Source: Nitrospinaceae bacterium (GTDB lineage Bacteria > Nitrospinota > Nitrospinia > Nitrospinales > Nitrospinaceae). Taken from it: a DNA stretch of 64,000 nt. Location: assembly GCA_965223665.1 (NCBI GenBank), contig OZ245011.1:2816001-2880000 (forward strand), given 5' to 3'. The notes beneath the pieces are model-generated. The model had not been told where the DNA came from and ran no database searches. It saw only the letters and a program-made list of their open reading frames with translations. Of the stretch, positions 9,345 through 18,803 are shown in pieces; the first letter of the stretch is position 1; every line of letters starts with the position of its first letter. The translations under genes were made by a program, and so were the position numbers.

Positions 9345-10526
9345 TTATTTTTTAAACTTTACCAGCAAATTAGTCACGGTATCAATAACACGATAAACAT
9401 CATTTTCTGTCATACGAGGGTACAGAGGTATGGATAAAACCCTTTCCGAAAGTGTAGAAGCTATCGGTAAATCTTTGGGTTTATAATTTAGAGCTTTTTG
9501 ATAATAAGGCTGCAAATGTATTGCCCGATAGTGCACAGCGACCCCAATTCCTAAGGTCTGCAATTCATTTAAGAACCGATCCCGATCTACTGTCAATGTT
9601 TCTAAATTCAATGCCAATATATAAATATGGTAGGACGAATGAGCATATTCTTTTTCTTGAAGGACCTCAACAGTTTCTAAAGAATTAAAAGCGGAATCAT
9701 ATATCCCAGCGTAACGTCGCCGGGTTTCCATAAAAGAATCTGATTTCTTCAATTGGTGAATGCCTATAGCAGCGTTGAGATCAGCCATATTGTATTTATA
9801 CCCGGGGACTTCCAATTCATAATGCGCATAACCATCTTTTCCATACCTTTTCCACGCATCACGACTTAAACCTTGTAATCGAAGCACACGAATTTTTTCC
9901 GCTTGCTCGTCATTGGGAACCGCTAACATACCACCTTCACCGGTAGTTATATTTTTGTTTGCATAAAAACTGAAAGAAGTTAAATTCCCGTGATTTCCAA
10001 TACGTTTTTCTTTGTAATAAGATCCTGTGGCATGAGCTCCATCTTCAATCACTTTTAAATTATGATGATCTGCAATTTCTTTAATTTGGTCGATATCGAA
10101 AGGATGTCCCGCAAAATGGACCGGCAAAATACAACGAGTCTTTGCTGTAATTTTCTCTTCAATTTTAGATGGATCCATAATCATTGTTTCGGGTTCCACA
10201 TCAACAAACACCGGCTTTAAACGCTGATGAATTAGAACATTTGTAGTGGCAGCAAAAGTCATCGGTGTTGTAATTACTTCATCACCTTCATTTAATTCAG
10301 AAACAGCAAGAGCCAAATGTAAACCTGCGGTACAGGAATTCACACCTACTGCTTGATGGCAACCTATATAGTCTTTAAAATCTCCTTCGAATCTTTGAGT
10401 CTTTGGACCAGTTGTCAGCCAACCCGAACGCAAAGTATCTACTACCTCTCGAATTTCATCTCCATCTATAGATGACAAATGATATGGAAGAGGCACTTGC
10501 TTGAGATAAGGTTTTGAAAGACTCAT
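9345..10526 (-). CDS. DegT/DnrJ/EryC1/StrS family PLP-dependent sugar aminotransferase
   Basis: SGWLTTGP, NSCTAGLHLAL, PVHFAG, IEDGAHA, SFYANKNITTGEGG (PLP lysine), GYKYNM. Confidence 0.95.
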   Translation of the reverse strand: MSLSKPYLKQVPLPYHLSSIDGDEIREVVDTLRSGWLTTGPKTQRFEGDFKDYIGCHQAVGVNSCTAGLHLALAVSELNEGDEVITTPMTFAATTNVLIHQRLKPVFVDVEPETMIMDPSKIEEKITAKTRCILPVHFAGHPFDIDQIKEIADHHNLKVIEDGAHATGSYYKEKRIGNHGNLTSFSFYANKNITTGEGGMLAVPNDEQAEKIRVLRLQGLSRDAWKRYGKDGYAHYELEVPGYKYNMADLNAAIGIHQLKKSDSFMETRRRYAGIYDSAFNSLETVEVLQEKEYAHSSYHIYILALNLETLTVDRDRFLNELQTLGIGVAVHYRAIHLQPYYQKALNYKPKDLPIASTLSERVLSIPLYPRMTENDVYRVIDTVTNLLVKFKK

Positions 10527-10538
10527 AATGGATCCTTT

Positions 10539-11246
10539 TTATTTAATTTGAGAGAAATCTGACTCAACAAATTTTATTTTATTTAGGTCTTTAAGATTAT
10601 TTGGAGAAAAATAATTCACTACCTTTCCCCCACTTAGTGAAACGTTTTGAACCATTAAGGGCACAACCCATTGGTTCCCAACTTTTTCCCAATAATCCGT
10701 AACGATTTCCTTACGATTAATATCCATATGGACACGGAACATTAAGGGATCGAGCTTTTCTATTAAATCGTATTCGGTTTCCACTTTTCCATATTTTCCA
10801 TCTGGACTAATAGACAATTTTTTTACCCGACGGCCTTTTATAGTTATCCAGGGATTCGGAAAAATCCTGTAAGAAATTTTTCGGGGAAATCCTAAAGGAT
10901 CGCGAGAAACATATTTTTTAGTTTTTATCTCCTCGGATTGCAAAGGAACTCCAGATACATGGACTACAGGTTTTGGTTCTTTGTAAGGTACTCGACCTTC
11001 AAGGTTTATAAATTCTATTAAAGTTACCTGTTTTCGGAATTTTGGATGTTGTTTATTATAGATAGATTCCCAGTCGCTACGTTTACGCTCTTTGTAATAT
11101 TCTTCATTGATTTGATATAGTTCGCGGGCGTGAGAATTAATATTCTTTTTTGGGTCGGCAATTCCACCGGAATTATAAAAACCCCAAAAAACCGCCACAG
11201 CGGCTCCTACAAAGACCAGTTTAAGTAAGGGTGATTTTTTTATCAT
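10539..11246 (-). CDS. Hypothetical exported or membrane-anchored protein
   Basis: 235-aa ORF with an N-terminal hydrophobic segment, 12 bp upstream of the aminotransferase. Confidence 0.7.
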   Translation of the reverse strand: MIKKSPLLKLVFVGAAVAVFWGFYNSGGIADPKKNINSHARELYQINEEYYKERKRSDWESIYNKQHPKFRKQVTLIEFINLEGRVPYKEPKPVVHVSGVPLQSEEIKTKKYVSRDPLGFPRKISYRIFPNPWITIKGRRVKKLSISPDGKYGKVETEYDLIEKLDPLMFRVHMDINRKEIVTDYWEKVGNQWVVPLMVQNVSLSGGKVVNYFSPNNLKDLNKIKFVESDFSQIK

Positions 11247-11344
11247 TTCTTTACTTAACGGAAAAATAGGAATTTAAGTTAAATATTGAGTACTTAAGAA
11301 ATTATTGAAAAAAGCCGAGTTATTAACCCTTTGAATTAGGTTAA

Positions 11345-13177
11345 TCAATTTTGGAGTGTTTTGGAAATTTTTTCAGCGATCGATGGTGTTATTCCAGGAA
11401 GTCGAGTCAACTCTTCTGTGGAAGCTTGACGAATATTATCTAAACTACCAAAATGCTGGAGCAGTAGAAGTCGGCGTTTTTTTCCAATACCAGGAATATC
11501 GTCTAATGGGGATTTTAAAGAATTTTTACCACGCAGTTTTCTATGATAAGCAATCGCGAAACGATGTGCTTCATCCCGAACTCTTTGCAACAAAAATCGA
11601 GAAGGTGAATTTTCTTTAAACCAGACCGGATCTTTGCGTCCAACAAGAAAAACTTCATCTGTATCTAAATTGTTTCTATATTTTCCCTTAGCAATACAAA
11701 CCAAATCCATACGATGATCAATACCCAAACTTTGTAAAGCTTGGTGACCTGTATTCAGATGGCCCTTTCCCCCATCAATCAATATCATATCCGGAAGAGG
11801 TTTTCCTTCATCCAACAACCGTGAGTAGCGTCGCAATATTACTTCCGTAAGCATCGCGTAATCATCAATCCCTTGAACTCGAGATATCTTGTAACGACGG
11901 TAAGACTTATTTTCCGCCGCGGCGTTGTTAAATACAACCATTGAACCGACTGCATGAGTTCCCGAAATATTCGAGATATCAAATCCTTCAATTATTTTTG
12001 GATAATTTTTCAGACCAAGCGAGTCTCTTAATTCCTCCAAACTTCGGGTCGCAACTTCTCCTTTATCTAATTCAGCTCTAATAGCAAAACGCGCATTGTC
12101 TTCAGCCATTTTTACCAATTCACGTTTTTTACCAATTTGAGGAATATCTATGTGAATTTTTGAGCTTCCCTTGTCTGTCAACCATTGCTCAATAAGTGGT
12201 AAATCATCGATTGGATACTGAATTAAAATTTCTTTTGGCAGGTTTGGTTCGTCGGCATAATACTGCTTAAGAAATGATGAAAGTGTTTCACGTTCATCTT
12301 CTTCATTTAAATTTTTCATTTTATAAATTTTCTCAGCTACCATTTTTCCATTGCGGACTATTAATACTTGGACCATGGCCAATCCGTGTTCTGCACAACA
12401 GGCAACAACATCTTGATTCACCAATGAAGTGGATATGATTTTTTGTTTGTCCAATACCGTCTTGACAGCTTCAATTTTATCCCTGAAAACTGCGGCTTCT
12501 TCATAGTTTAACTTTTCAGCAGCCGTATCCATTTTAGATTTTAAACTTTTTAATAAATCTGAATTCTTTCCTTTTAAGAACAAGGTCACATCTTTTACAA
12601 CCTTGTTATAGTCATCCGGTGAAATTAATCCTGCACAAGGCGCTAAACACCGTTTCATTTGATAATTCAAACAGGGCCTCCGTTTCGGAGCACCGTCCAA
12701 AGAATCATTACTTTGTCGCAAGGGAAAAATTTTATAAATTAGACGAATGGTTTCACGAACTTCACGAACCATGGTATAGGGGCCAAAATAAGTGGCTTTA
12801 TCCTTGTAAACTCGGCGCACCACTTCTAATCGAGGATAAGTTTCCTGAGTGGTCAGCCGGATATAGGGATAATGCTTATCGTCTTTAAGCAACACGTTGT
12901 AGCGAGGCTGATGCTTCTTGATGAAATTGCTTTCTAGAATAAGTGCTTCTTGCTCAGTTTGAGTTGTAAGCACTTTGATGTCTTTAACTTTTCGTACAAA
13001 TATTCGAGTCCTAGGCGCTAAATCTTGAGATTTGGAAAAGTATGAACGGACACGGTGAAAAAGAGATTTAGCTTTTCCAATGTAAAGGATACTCCCCTTT
13101 CCATCTTTCATCATGTAAATCCCAGGAAGTTTAGGAAGGTTTGCTAATATTTCTGAAAGGACAGTCAATTTTTCCAT
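11345..13177 (-). CDS. uvrC: Excinuclease ABC subunit C
   Basis: GIY-YIG (PGIYMM...YIGKAK), NVLLKDDK, UVR domain, GFDISN, IDGGKG, RDEAHRFA, HhH repeats. Start probably MEKL at 13177. Confidence 0.97.
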   Translation of the reverse strand: MEKLTVLSEILANLPKLPGIYMMKDGKGSILYIGKAKSLFHRVRSYFSKSQDLAPRTRIFVRKVKDIKVLTTQTEQEALILESNFIKKHQPRYNVLLKDDKHYPYIRLTTQETYPRLEVVRRVYKDKATYFGPYTMVREVRETIRLIYKIFPLRQSNDSLDGAPKRRPCLNYQMKRCLAPCAGLISPDDYNKVVKDVTLFLKGKNSDLLKSLKSKMDTAAEKLNYEEAAVFRDKIEAVKTVLDKQKIISTSLVNQDVVACCAEHGLAMVQVLIVRNGKMVAEKIYKMKNLNEEDERETLSSFLKQYYADEPNLPKEILIQYPIDDLPLIEQWLTDKGSSKIHIDIPQIGKKRELVKMAEDNARFAIRAELDKGEVATRSLEELRDSLGLKNYPKIIEGFDISNISGTHAVGSMVVFNNAAAENKSYRRYKISRVQGIDDYAMLTEVILRRYSRLLDEGKPLPDMILIDGGKGHLNTGHQALQSLGIDHRMDLVCIAKGKYRNNLDTDEVFLVGRKDPVWFKENSPSRFLLQRVRDEAHRFAIAYHRKLRGKNSLKSPLDDIPGIGKKRRLLLLQHFGSLDNIRQASTEELTRLPGITPSIAEKISKTLQN

Positions 13178-13332
13178 GAGTCTCTCACTATTGATATCGC
13201 CTCCTTCATTATATAGCATGCACCTTTAGACCGGGCAATTTCATGGAGAAAGTGATTTTCTTTTTAAAAAATACCAAATTTTCCACAAAGAAGAATTTGT
13301 GAGTGTTAAGAATTAGATTTCTTAGGATTTAA

Positions 13333-15675
13333 TCAAGAATGTTGAGAGACTACTGGATCGGGTTTCTTCGGTGGTAGGGTTGAGGAAATTGGGTTTGGCA
13401 AAGTAGGCATTTTTTTCTTCTCAAAAGGTCGCCAATATATGGTCAAGAGGATTAAGATCACAAAAGAAATTCCACTGATGATGAGCCCCTCGGTAAAACC
13501 TACAGGGTAAAAGTCAAATTCTAAAGTGTGGCGTCCGGGTCCCAATTGAACGGCTCGATAAAAATGATTAGCCTGCAATATTTTTCGTTCTTCGCCATCA
13601 ACAGTAACCGTCCACCCGGGAAAATATGAGTCGAGCAACACAAGAAATCCGTTACCTTTTTGGTTCGTTTGAATGGTTACATGATTTGGACTATACTTAA
13701 TCGATTCAACTTCACCTTTAAAGTTAGGAGTTTCTTGAAACTCTACTGGCTCACTGAGCAACACAGTCTGAAGAGGATCAAACTCTTCACTGTAATAAGT
13801 ATTGAGGAGTTCTAACTCTTTTCCTTTTTGCATCTTCGGCACCAAAAAAGCCCTTGGCAAAGCATCATCGAAAATTTTTAGGTGCTCCGGGGTCATTATG
13901 GGATAATTCCCAGAAAAATTAGTTTTCGCATCCCATGCAACTCCAAATTTAACATTACTTCTCTTCAGGAGCCGAAGCCGTCTTTCAGGAGTAGAATTAA
14001 ATAATAATTCATACCACAAACCCGTGTTTTTTAATCCCATTCCCAAACCAGGGATCCCACTTACATTTTCAACTCCATATTTCATTCCAATATAAGGGAC
14101 TAGGAATTCAAATTGAGAAATAGTTCCTGATATTAAATTAAATGAAGGAGGTAAATATTTAAAGTTTATTTTATTTTTTAAATTTCCAGAATAGAGTCGG
14201 AAATTGTCGGTTTCTTTTTTTATGGTTTGCAATAGAGCTGGTTTATTATCATATATTTTTTTATCAATAAATGGTATTAAGCTAAAATTATTAAATAATA
14301 AGTCGAGTACCACCATAAATGGCAAAAGGATTTGAAAGTATTTTATTTTAAATTTTTCATAGTAAACAAAAACCGTTAATAAAGATAAAGCAAAAATCAA
14401 TGCTAATGGAAGAAAAACATATGAGCTCCTATTTTCAAACCACAGCAAACTTACAATTAACATAGAAAAACTGTTAATCAAAAGCACATATTTAAGATTC
14501 AAAGTTTTATTTTTACAACCCTCATAAATCTTATCAAATATTAAACCCACAATGAAAACTGATGCAATTGCCGAGAGAACAAAATACTTTTCTGGATAAC
14601 GAAATACTTTGAGCAATGGGTTAATTTTCCAGATATATTCATAGAAGAAATTATTTCCACCCAAAGAAAGAAAAATTCCTATAAAAAAAACCAACAACCA
14701 AAAACGTATAATCGATGAACTTCTAAATAAAAAAGCCAGCAGGACAAAATTTGCAGTAAAAATACCCATATAAGCAGTGGAAAAAAAACCTTTAATTTTT
14801 GCGGTTTCTCCACTAATAACATACGTGTTATAGTCTGGTGCCAACCAAAATGTCGAAAGCTTATCCAGACTCATGGACCATCCCACATGATCTCCAAATG
14901 CTAACCCTCCCTTTCGAAAACTTAATTCAATTAAATTATAAGTTGGCAATAATTGGAGTGCTGATAAGCCAAGAGCCAATAAAACAAAAATACTTAATGC
15001 CAAAGTTTTCGTTTTTAAACTAGTTGACATTTCATGTGGACGGATCACCACCAAAGCAAAAAAGAAAATAATTAACACAGTAAACACGCATACTTCAGGA
15101 CAAGCACCTAAAGTTTGGCAGGCTAAGAAAATTACACCAAAAAGAAAATATTTATTTGATCCCTTAATTATCCAATTTTGAAAAGATAAAAATATAAGAG
15201 GAAACCAAGCAAGAGAATAAAAAATATTACTTAGTAAAACCGATGAAAGAAAAATCCCTCCTAATAAAATTGTAATAGACGAGCAGAAAGCTGCTCCAGG
15301 AGAAAGATTCCAACTTCGCACCAAAAAATAACAAGGAAAAGTTAATATAAAAAAATGGAATAAATAGAAAAGGTTGATTGCTAAAGTGAAATTTTGAATT
15401 AGAAAAAAAATGCTGGGAGGATAAAAAATACCTGTATGAAAAGCTCCTATAAATGAGGTCCCTGATTGATAATAGGGTGTCCAAAAAGGTAAAGCGCCAT
15501 TTTGAAAGGATTGAGCTAAAAAATGCTTTACTGGGTAAGTAATAAAAGAAAAATCACGTGAGAAAAATGTTTTTCCATCAAATAAGGGAAATAAAAACTC
15601 AAAAAATACTAAAGCTAAAAATAAAAGACTGACCCAGTGTAAAGGTTCAATCTTTTGGTTTTCTTTTGTGAACAT
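13333..15675 (-). CDS. YfhO family (GT-C fold) membrane glycosyltransferase
   Basis: PFWTPY..SG...YPP in the first loop, many TM helices, FRYPEK, C-terminal LPRAFLV...LVLLDSYFPGW...ANHFYRAV. Confidence 0.82.
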   Translation of the reverse strand: MFTKENQKIEPLHWVSLLFLALVFFEFLFPLFDGKTFFSRDFSFITYPVKHFLAQSFQNGALPFWTPYYQSGTSFIGAFHTGIFYPPSIFFLIQNFTLAINLFYLFHFFILTFPCYFLVRSWNLSPGAAFCSSITILLGGIFLSSVLLSNIFYSLAWFPLIFLSFQNWIIKGSNKYFLFGVIFLACQTLGACPEVCVFTVLIIFFFALVVIRPHEMSTSLKTKTLALSIFVLLALGLSALQLLPTYNLIELSFRKGGLAFGDHVGWSMSLDKLSTFWLAPDYNTYVISGETAKIKGFFSTAYMGIFTANFVLLAFLFRSSSIIRFWLLVFFIGIFLSLGGNNFFYEYIWKINPLLKVFRYPEKYFVLSAIASVFIVGLIFDKIYEGCKNKTLNLKYVLLINSFSMLIVSLLWFENRSSYVFLPLALIFALSLLTVFVYYEKFKIKYFQILLPFMVVLDLLFNNFSLIPFIDKKIYDNKPALLQTIKKETDNFRLYSGNLKNKINFKYLPPSFNLISGTISQFEFLVPYIGMKYGVENVSGIPGLGMGLKNTGLWYELLFNSTPERRLRLLKRSNVKFGVAWDAKTNFSGNYPIMTPEHLKIFDDALPRAFLVPKMQKGKELELLNTYYSEEFDPLQTVLLSEPVEFQETPNFKGEVESIKYSPNHVTIQTNQKGNGFLVLLDSYFPGWTVTVDGEERKILQANHFYRAVQLGPGRHTLEFDFYPVGFTEGLIISGISFVILILLTIYWRPFEKKKMPTLPNPISSTLPPKKPDPVVSQHS

Positions 15676-15749
15676 TGAGAAGTTTAAGGGGCTATTTTTA
15701 AAAGCAAAAATTTATCAATTAAAAAATATTAAATTGATAATATGGAGTG

Positions 15750-15783
15750 AAAAAACTTCCCGCTTGGAAAATCCAAGCGGGAA
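15750..15783 (-). terminator. Rho-independent terminator of the major pilin gene
   Basis: Perfect 12-bp stem TTCCCGCTTGGA/TCCAAGCGGGAA (15757-15783) followed by a T-run on the minus strand. Confidence 0.85.
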
Positions 15784-15804
15784 ATATTTAAAACCAATTT
15801 AAAT

Positions 15805-16194
15805 TTATGGAGTTGCAATAGTTCCAGTTGAGTTCATACTCCAAGACTGGGTGCCAGTATCCTGTTGATGGGACGCTGAAGCGGTAAAAGAAACTTCATT
15901 ACTTGCCGCAGTAATAGTAACAGATGGTGATTGTTGGAAACCATAGCTAGGACTAGAAGCAATTCCAGTAGTACAGGCTTGGTTAGATCCATTATCGGCC
16001 CAATACGCTTTACACGCTAAAAATACATTGTGTAAGTTAGCTTTTACATCAGCATGGTAAGCCCGTTTTTTATATTCGTTAAACTGAGGAATCGCTACAG
16101 CTGCCAAAATACCGATGATGGCAATAACGATCAATAATTCAATGAGGGTAAAACCCTTTTGATTTTTTCTAGCTTTATTTAATCTTTCTAACAT
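15805..16194 (-). CDS. pilA: Type IVa major pilin
   Basis: Class III signal [27 protein letters not shown]; strong GGAGGAG SD; own sigma-54 promoter and terminator. Confidence 0.93.
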   Translation of the reverse strand: MLERLNKARKNQKGFTLIELLIVIAIIGILAAVAIPQFNEYKKRAYHADVKANLHNVFLACKAYWADNGSNQACTTGIASSPSYGFQQSPSVTITAASNEVSFTASASHQQDTGTQSWSMNSTGTIATP

Positions 16195-16283
16195 TACTAC
16201 TCCTCCAAAAAACTTAGTTGATAAAAAACTGTAATTAATCTGTCAATCCTCTTGAACCCTTAAATATTCGTTACCCCAGTTAA

Positions 16284-16300
16284 AGCAAACGATGTGCCAA
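16284..16300 (-). promoter_or_regulatory. Sigma-54 (-24/-12) promoter of pilA
   Basis: Minus strand reads TTGGCAC-ATCGT-TTGCT, matching TGGCAC-N5-TTGC(A/T). Confidence 0.9.
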
Positions 16301-16404
16301 AAACGATATAAGAATTTAATTTTTTAATGAGCCTTTTTTCAATTCATTTTAAAAACAAAAATTAAAGAGTTTGTTAAATTTACTTTGAATCACCATTTCT
16401 TAAC

Positions 16405-16417
16405 GACAATAATTGTC
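16405..16417. promoter_or_regulatory. Candidate enhancer (PilR-type bEBP) site
   Basis: Palindrome GACAAT-A-ATTGTC about 105-117 bp upstream of the sigma-54 -24 box. Confidence 0.5.
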
Positions 16418-16613
16418 ACCCCGTGACCCAAATTTGCATTTTCTTGAAAATATTATTCATTTTATCTATGTATTGGAATAACTCGGAGGAATAGGTTCTT
16501 CTCATATTAAGCATATCCGGATAGGAAACAATTTTCCAATATAGTTGAAGGAGGAACATTAAAATAGGTTTCCATCTTGGAAAAAAACAATTTCACTAGA
16601 AAAACTAATACAT

Positions 16614-17006
16614 TCAGCTAATATTTCCAGAGGAATTAATATTTACAGTACCACCACCATCCTGATGATTGGCCTGAGCAGAGAAGTTACTTTGGTTTTT
16701 AGTGCTTACAGTTATTTGAATTTCTGGAGACTGAACAAACCCATAGGTAGAATTATTAACTTCAGTTTCATCACAATCTTGGGCACTTCCGTTATCTTGC
16801 CAATAAGCATAACAAGCAAGATAAAGGTTGTGTAAGTTGGATTTAGCATCACCTTCATAAGCTTTATTTTTATAGGCAACAAATTGTGGAATTGCCACCG
16901 CAGCAAGAATTCCAATGATGGCAATCACAATTAACATCTCAATAAGTGTAAATCCGCCTTGCAATTTTTTTACTTTTTGTTTTACTTTACCACTGTAAAT
17001 TTTCAT
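16614..17006 (-). CDS. Second type IVa pilin, paralog of pilA
   Basis: [27 protein letters not shown]; 45/60 identical to the neighbouring pilin over the first 60 mature residues (hand count). Start at ATG 17006 or TTG 17021. Confidence 0.92.
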   Translation of the reverse strand: MKIYSGKVKQKVKKLQGGFTLIEMLIVIAIIGILAAVAIPQFVAYKNKAYEGDAKSNLHNLYLACYAYWQDNGSAQDCDETEVNNSTYGFVQSPEIQITVSTKNQSNFSAQANHQDGGGTVNINSSGNIS

Positions 17007-17052
17007 TATTTTGTACACCAACGTATTTTTTTAAAATTTCTTATAATTGAAT

Positions 17053-17068
17053 AGCAAGGGATATGCCA
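17053..17068 (-). promoter_or_regulatory. Sigma-54 promoter of the second pilin
   Basis: Minus strand reads TGGCAT-ATCCC-TTGCT. Confidence 0.82.
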
Positions 17069-17284
17069 TTAAGTTAAATACTCTTTTAAGGGGTATTCAA
17101 ATCCTTATTTATTAATAGGTTAAGGCAATCCTATAAATTTACTACCTTTAATTTCCTATTCAATTTTCCCTGAATTTATTTTTATTTAGACAAAATTGGG
17201 TTCTAATTATCATAATTGTCATTTAACTTAGAGGGTTAATACATTTCTCGATTTTGAATGCGTTAAAAAAAATTGGCATCTTTG

Positions 17285-17980
17285 ATGGATCAATCCACAC
17301 CAAACAAATTAAAAATAGGCATTTTGGGAGGCTCTTTTGACCCTGTACACTTGGGTCACCTACACCTTGCTAATGAAACTTTAAAGGCTTTTTCATTGGA
17401 CCAGATTCTATGGGTTCCAGCGTATATTTCTCCTTATAAATTGGATCAAGAACCCACTGCAGCTTCTCACAGACTGAACATGCTTCAACAAGCTATAGCT
17501 GGAAAACCTAAATTCAAAATTTCAGACATGGAAATTCTACGGCAAGGGGTCTCGTATTCAACTGATACTGTCAAAAAATTGACGGAAGAAAACCCAAATT
17601 CAAATTTTAATTTAATTATGGGATGCGATACTTTTAAGGAGATTTATAATTGGAGAAATTGCGAAGAGTTATTCACATTATGTAATTTAATTATTTCTAA
17701 CCGACCAGGTTTTCCATATAAAGAATCAAAGAAAGCTCTGGATAAAATTAATCTTAAATACCAACTCATTCAATCAGACTCTTTAAAAAAAATTTTTAAA
17801 TGTTCTTCAAGCCATAAAACAATTTCTTTTTTTGAAATAAATCCTTTAGATATTTCTTCAAGTCAAATAAGAAAAGCTATTCAAAATGGTGATTCACTTA
17901 AAAAGATGTTGCCACCCAAAGTGGAACGTTATATTATGGAATACCGTTTATATCAAAAAGAATCCCTACCTGAAAATTAA
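17285..17980 (+). CDS. nadD: Nicotinate-nucleotide adenylyltransferase
   Basis: GGSFDPVHLGH, SYSTDT, ISSSQIR; adjacent to rsfS. Confidence 0.95.
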   Translation: MDQSTPNKLKIGILGGSFDPVHLGHLHLANETLKAFSLDQILWVPAYISPYKLDQEPTAASHRLNMLQQAIAGKPKFKISDMEILRQGVSYSTDTVKKLTEENPNSNFNLIMGCDTFKEIYNWRNCEELFTLCNLIISNRPGFPYKESKKALDKINLKYQLIQSDSLKKIFKCSSSHKTISFFEINPLDISSSQIRKAIQNGDSLKKMLPPKVERYIMEYRLYQKESLPEN

Positions 17981-18333
17981 TGGAAACACCATTAAACGAA
18001 CTTCAACAATTAGTGGTAGAAGCCGCTGCCGAGAAAAAAGCTTCCCAAATAATAATCCTGGATTTACGTAAAAGGACCGATTTGACGGACTATTTCTTGA
18101 TATGTAGTGGTAACTCAAAAATTCAGGTTCAGGCGATTGCTGATAACATAGTTGAAAAAACCTATGGAACACAATTTAAAGCATCGACCATTGAAGGGTA
18201 TTCGCAAGGGAATTGGGTTATCCTAGATTTAGGAGATATCATTGTTCATGTGTTTCATAAAGAGGTCAGATCTCACTATGATTTAGAACGATTGTGGGGA
18301 GACGTTCCTGTTGTGGCTGAAATGAGTGGTTAA
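17980..18333 (+). CDS. rsfS: Ribosome silencing factor
   Basis: EKKA...DYFLICSG...WVILDLGDIIVHVF...R..YDLERLW. Confidence 0.96.
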   Translation: METPLNELQQLVVEAAAEKKASQIIILDLRKRTDLTDYFLICSGNSKIQVQAIADNIVEKTYGTQFKASTIEGYSQGNWVILDLGDIIVHVFHKEVRSHYDLERLWGDVPVVAEMSG

Positions 18334-18351
18334 CATTTTCTGGAAGGAAAT

Positions 18352-18741
18352 ATGGAAAGACAAGATGTAAATTTATTAAAAGAAACTTTACTAGAAATTC
18401 GGTCAAACCTTTTGGGCGATATCAAAAAAACCCGAAAGTCTAGCCAAGATAAAGAATTCACAGAATTCGTCTCAGACATTACGGATGATGCCGCCCGGTC
18501 ATTCACTCGCCAAATGATTCTGAATTTGGGGGAACATGAGCGAGAAAAACTCAAACTAGTAGAAGAAGCTTTATACAAGCTCCAGCGTGGGGGATATGGT
18601 ATATGTTCTCTTTGTGAGGAAACCATTCCTCCGGCAAGGCTCAAAATTGTTCCTTTTGCTCAATATTGTGTCGAATGTCTAAGTAAAATGGAACATGAAA
18701 AAAAGTTGGAAGATTCCCCAAACAACAATACAATACTCTAA
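18352..18741 (+). CDS. dksA: DksA/TraR C4-type zinc-finger protein
   Basis: Coiled coil with DITDDA (DxxDxA); YGICSLC...RL..VPFAQYCVEC. Confidence 0.85.
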   Translation: MERQDVNLLKETLLEIRSNLLGDIKKTRKSSQDKEFTEFVSDITDDAARSFTRQMILNLGEHEREKLKLVEEALYKLQRGGYGICSLCEETIPPARLKIVPFAQYCVECLSKMEHEKKLEDSPNNNTIL

Positions 18742-18803
18742 ATTAATTTTGCTAACCTCCTTTCTGGAGTCCATTAGCGACAACCAAAACAAAGAAGGGT
18801 GAT

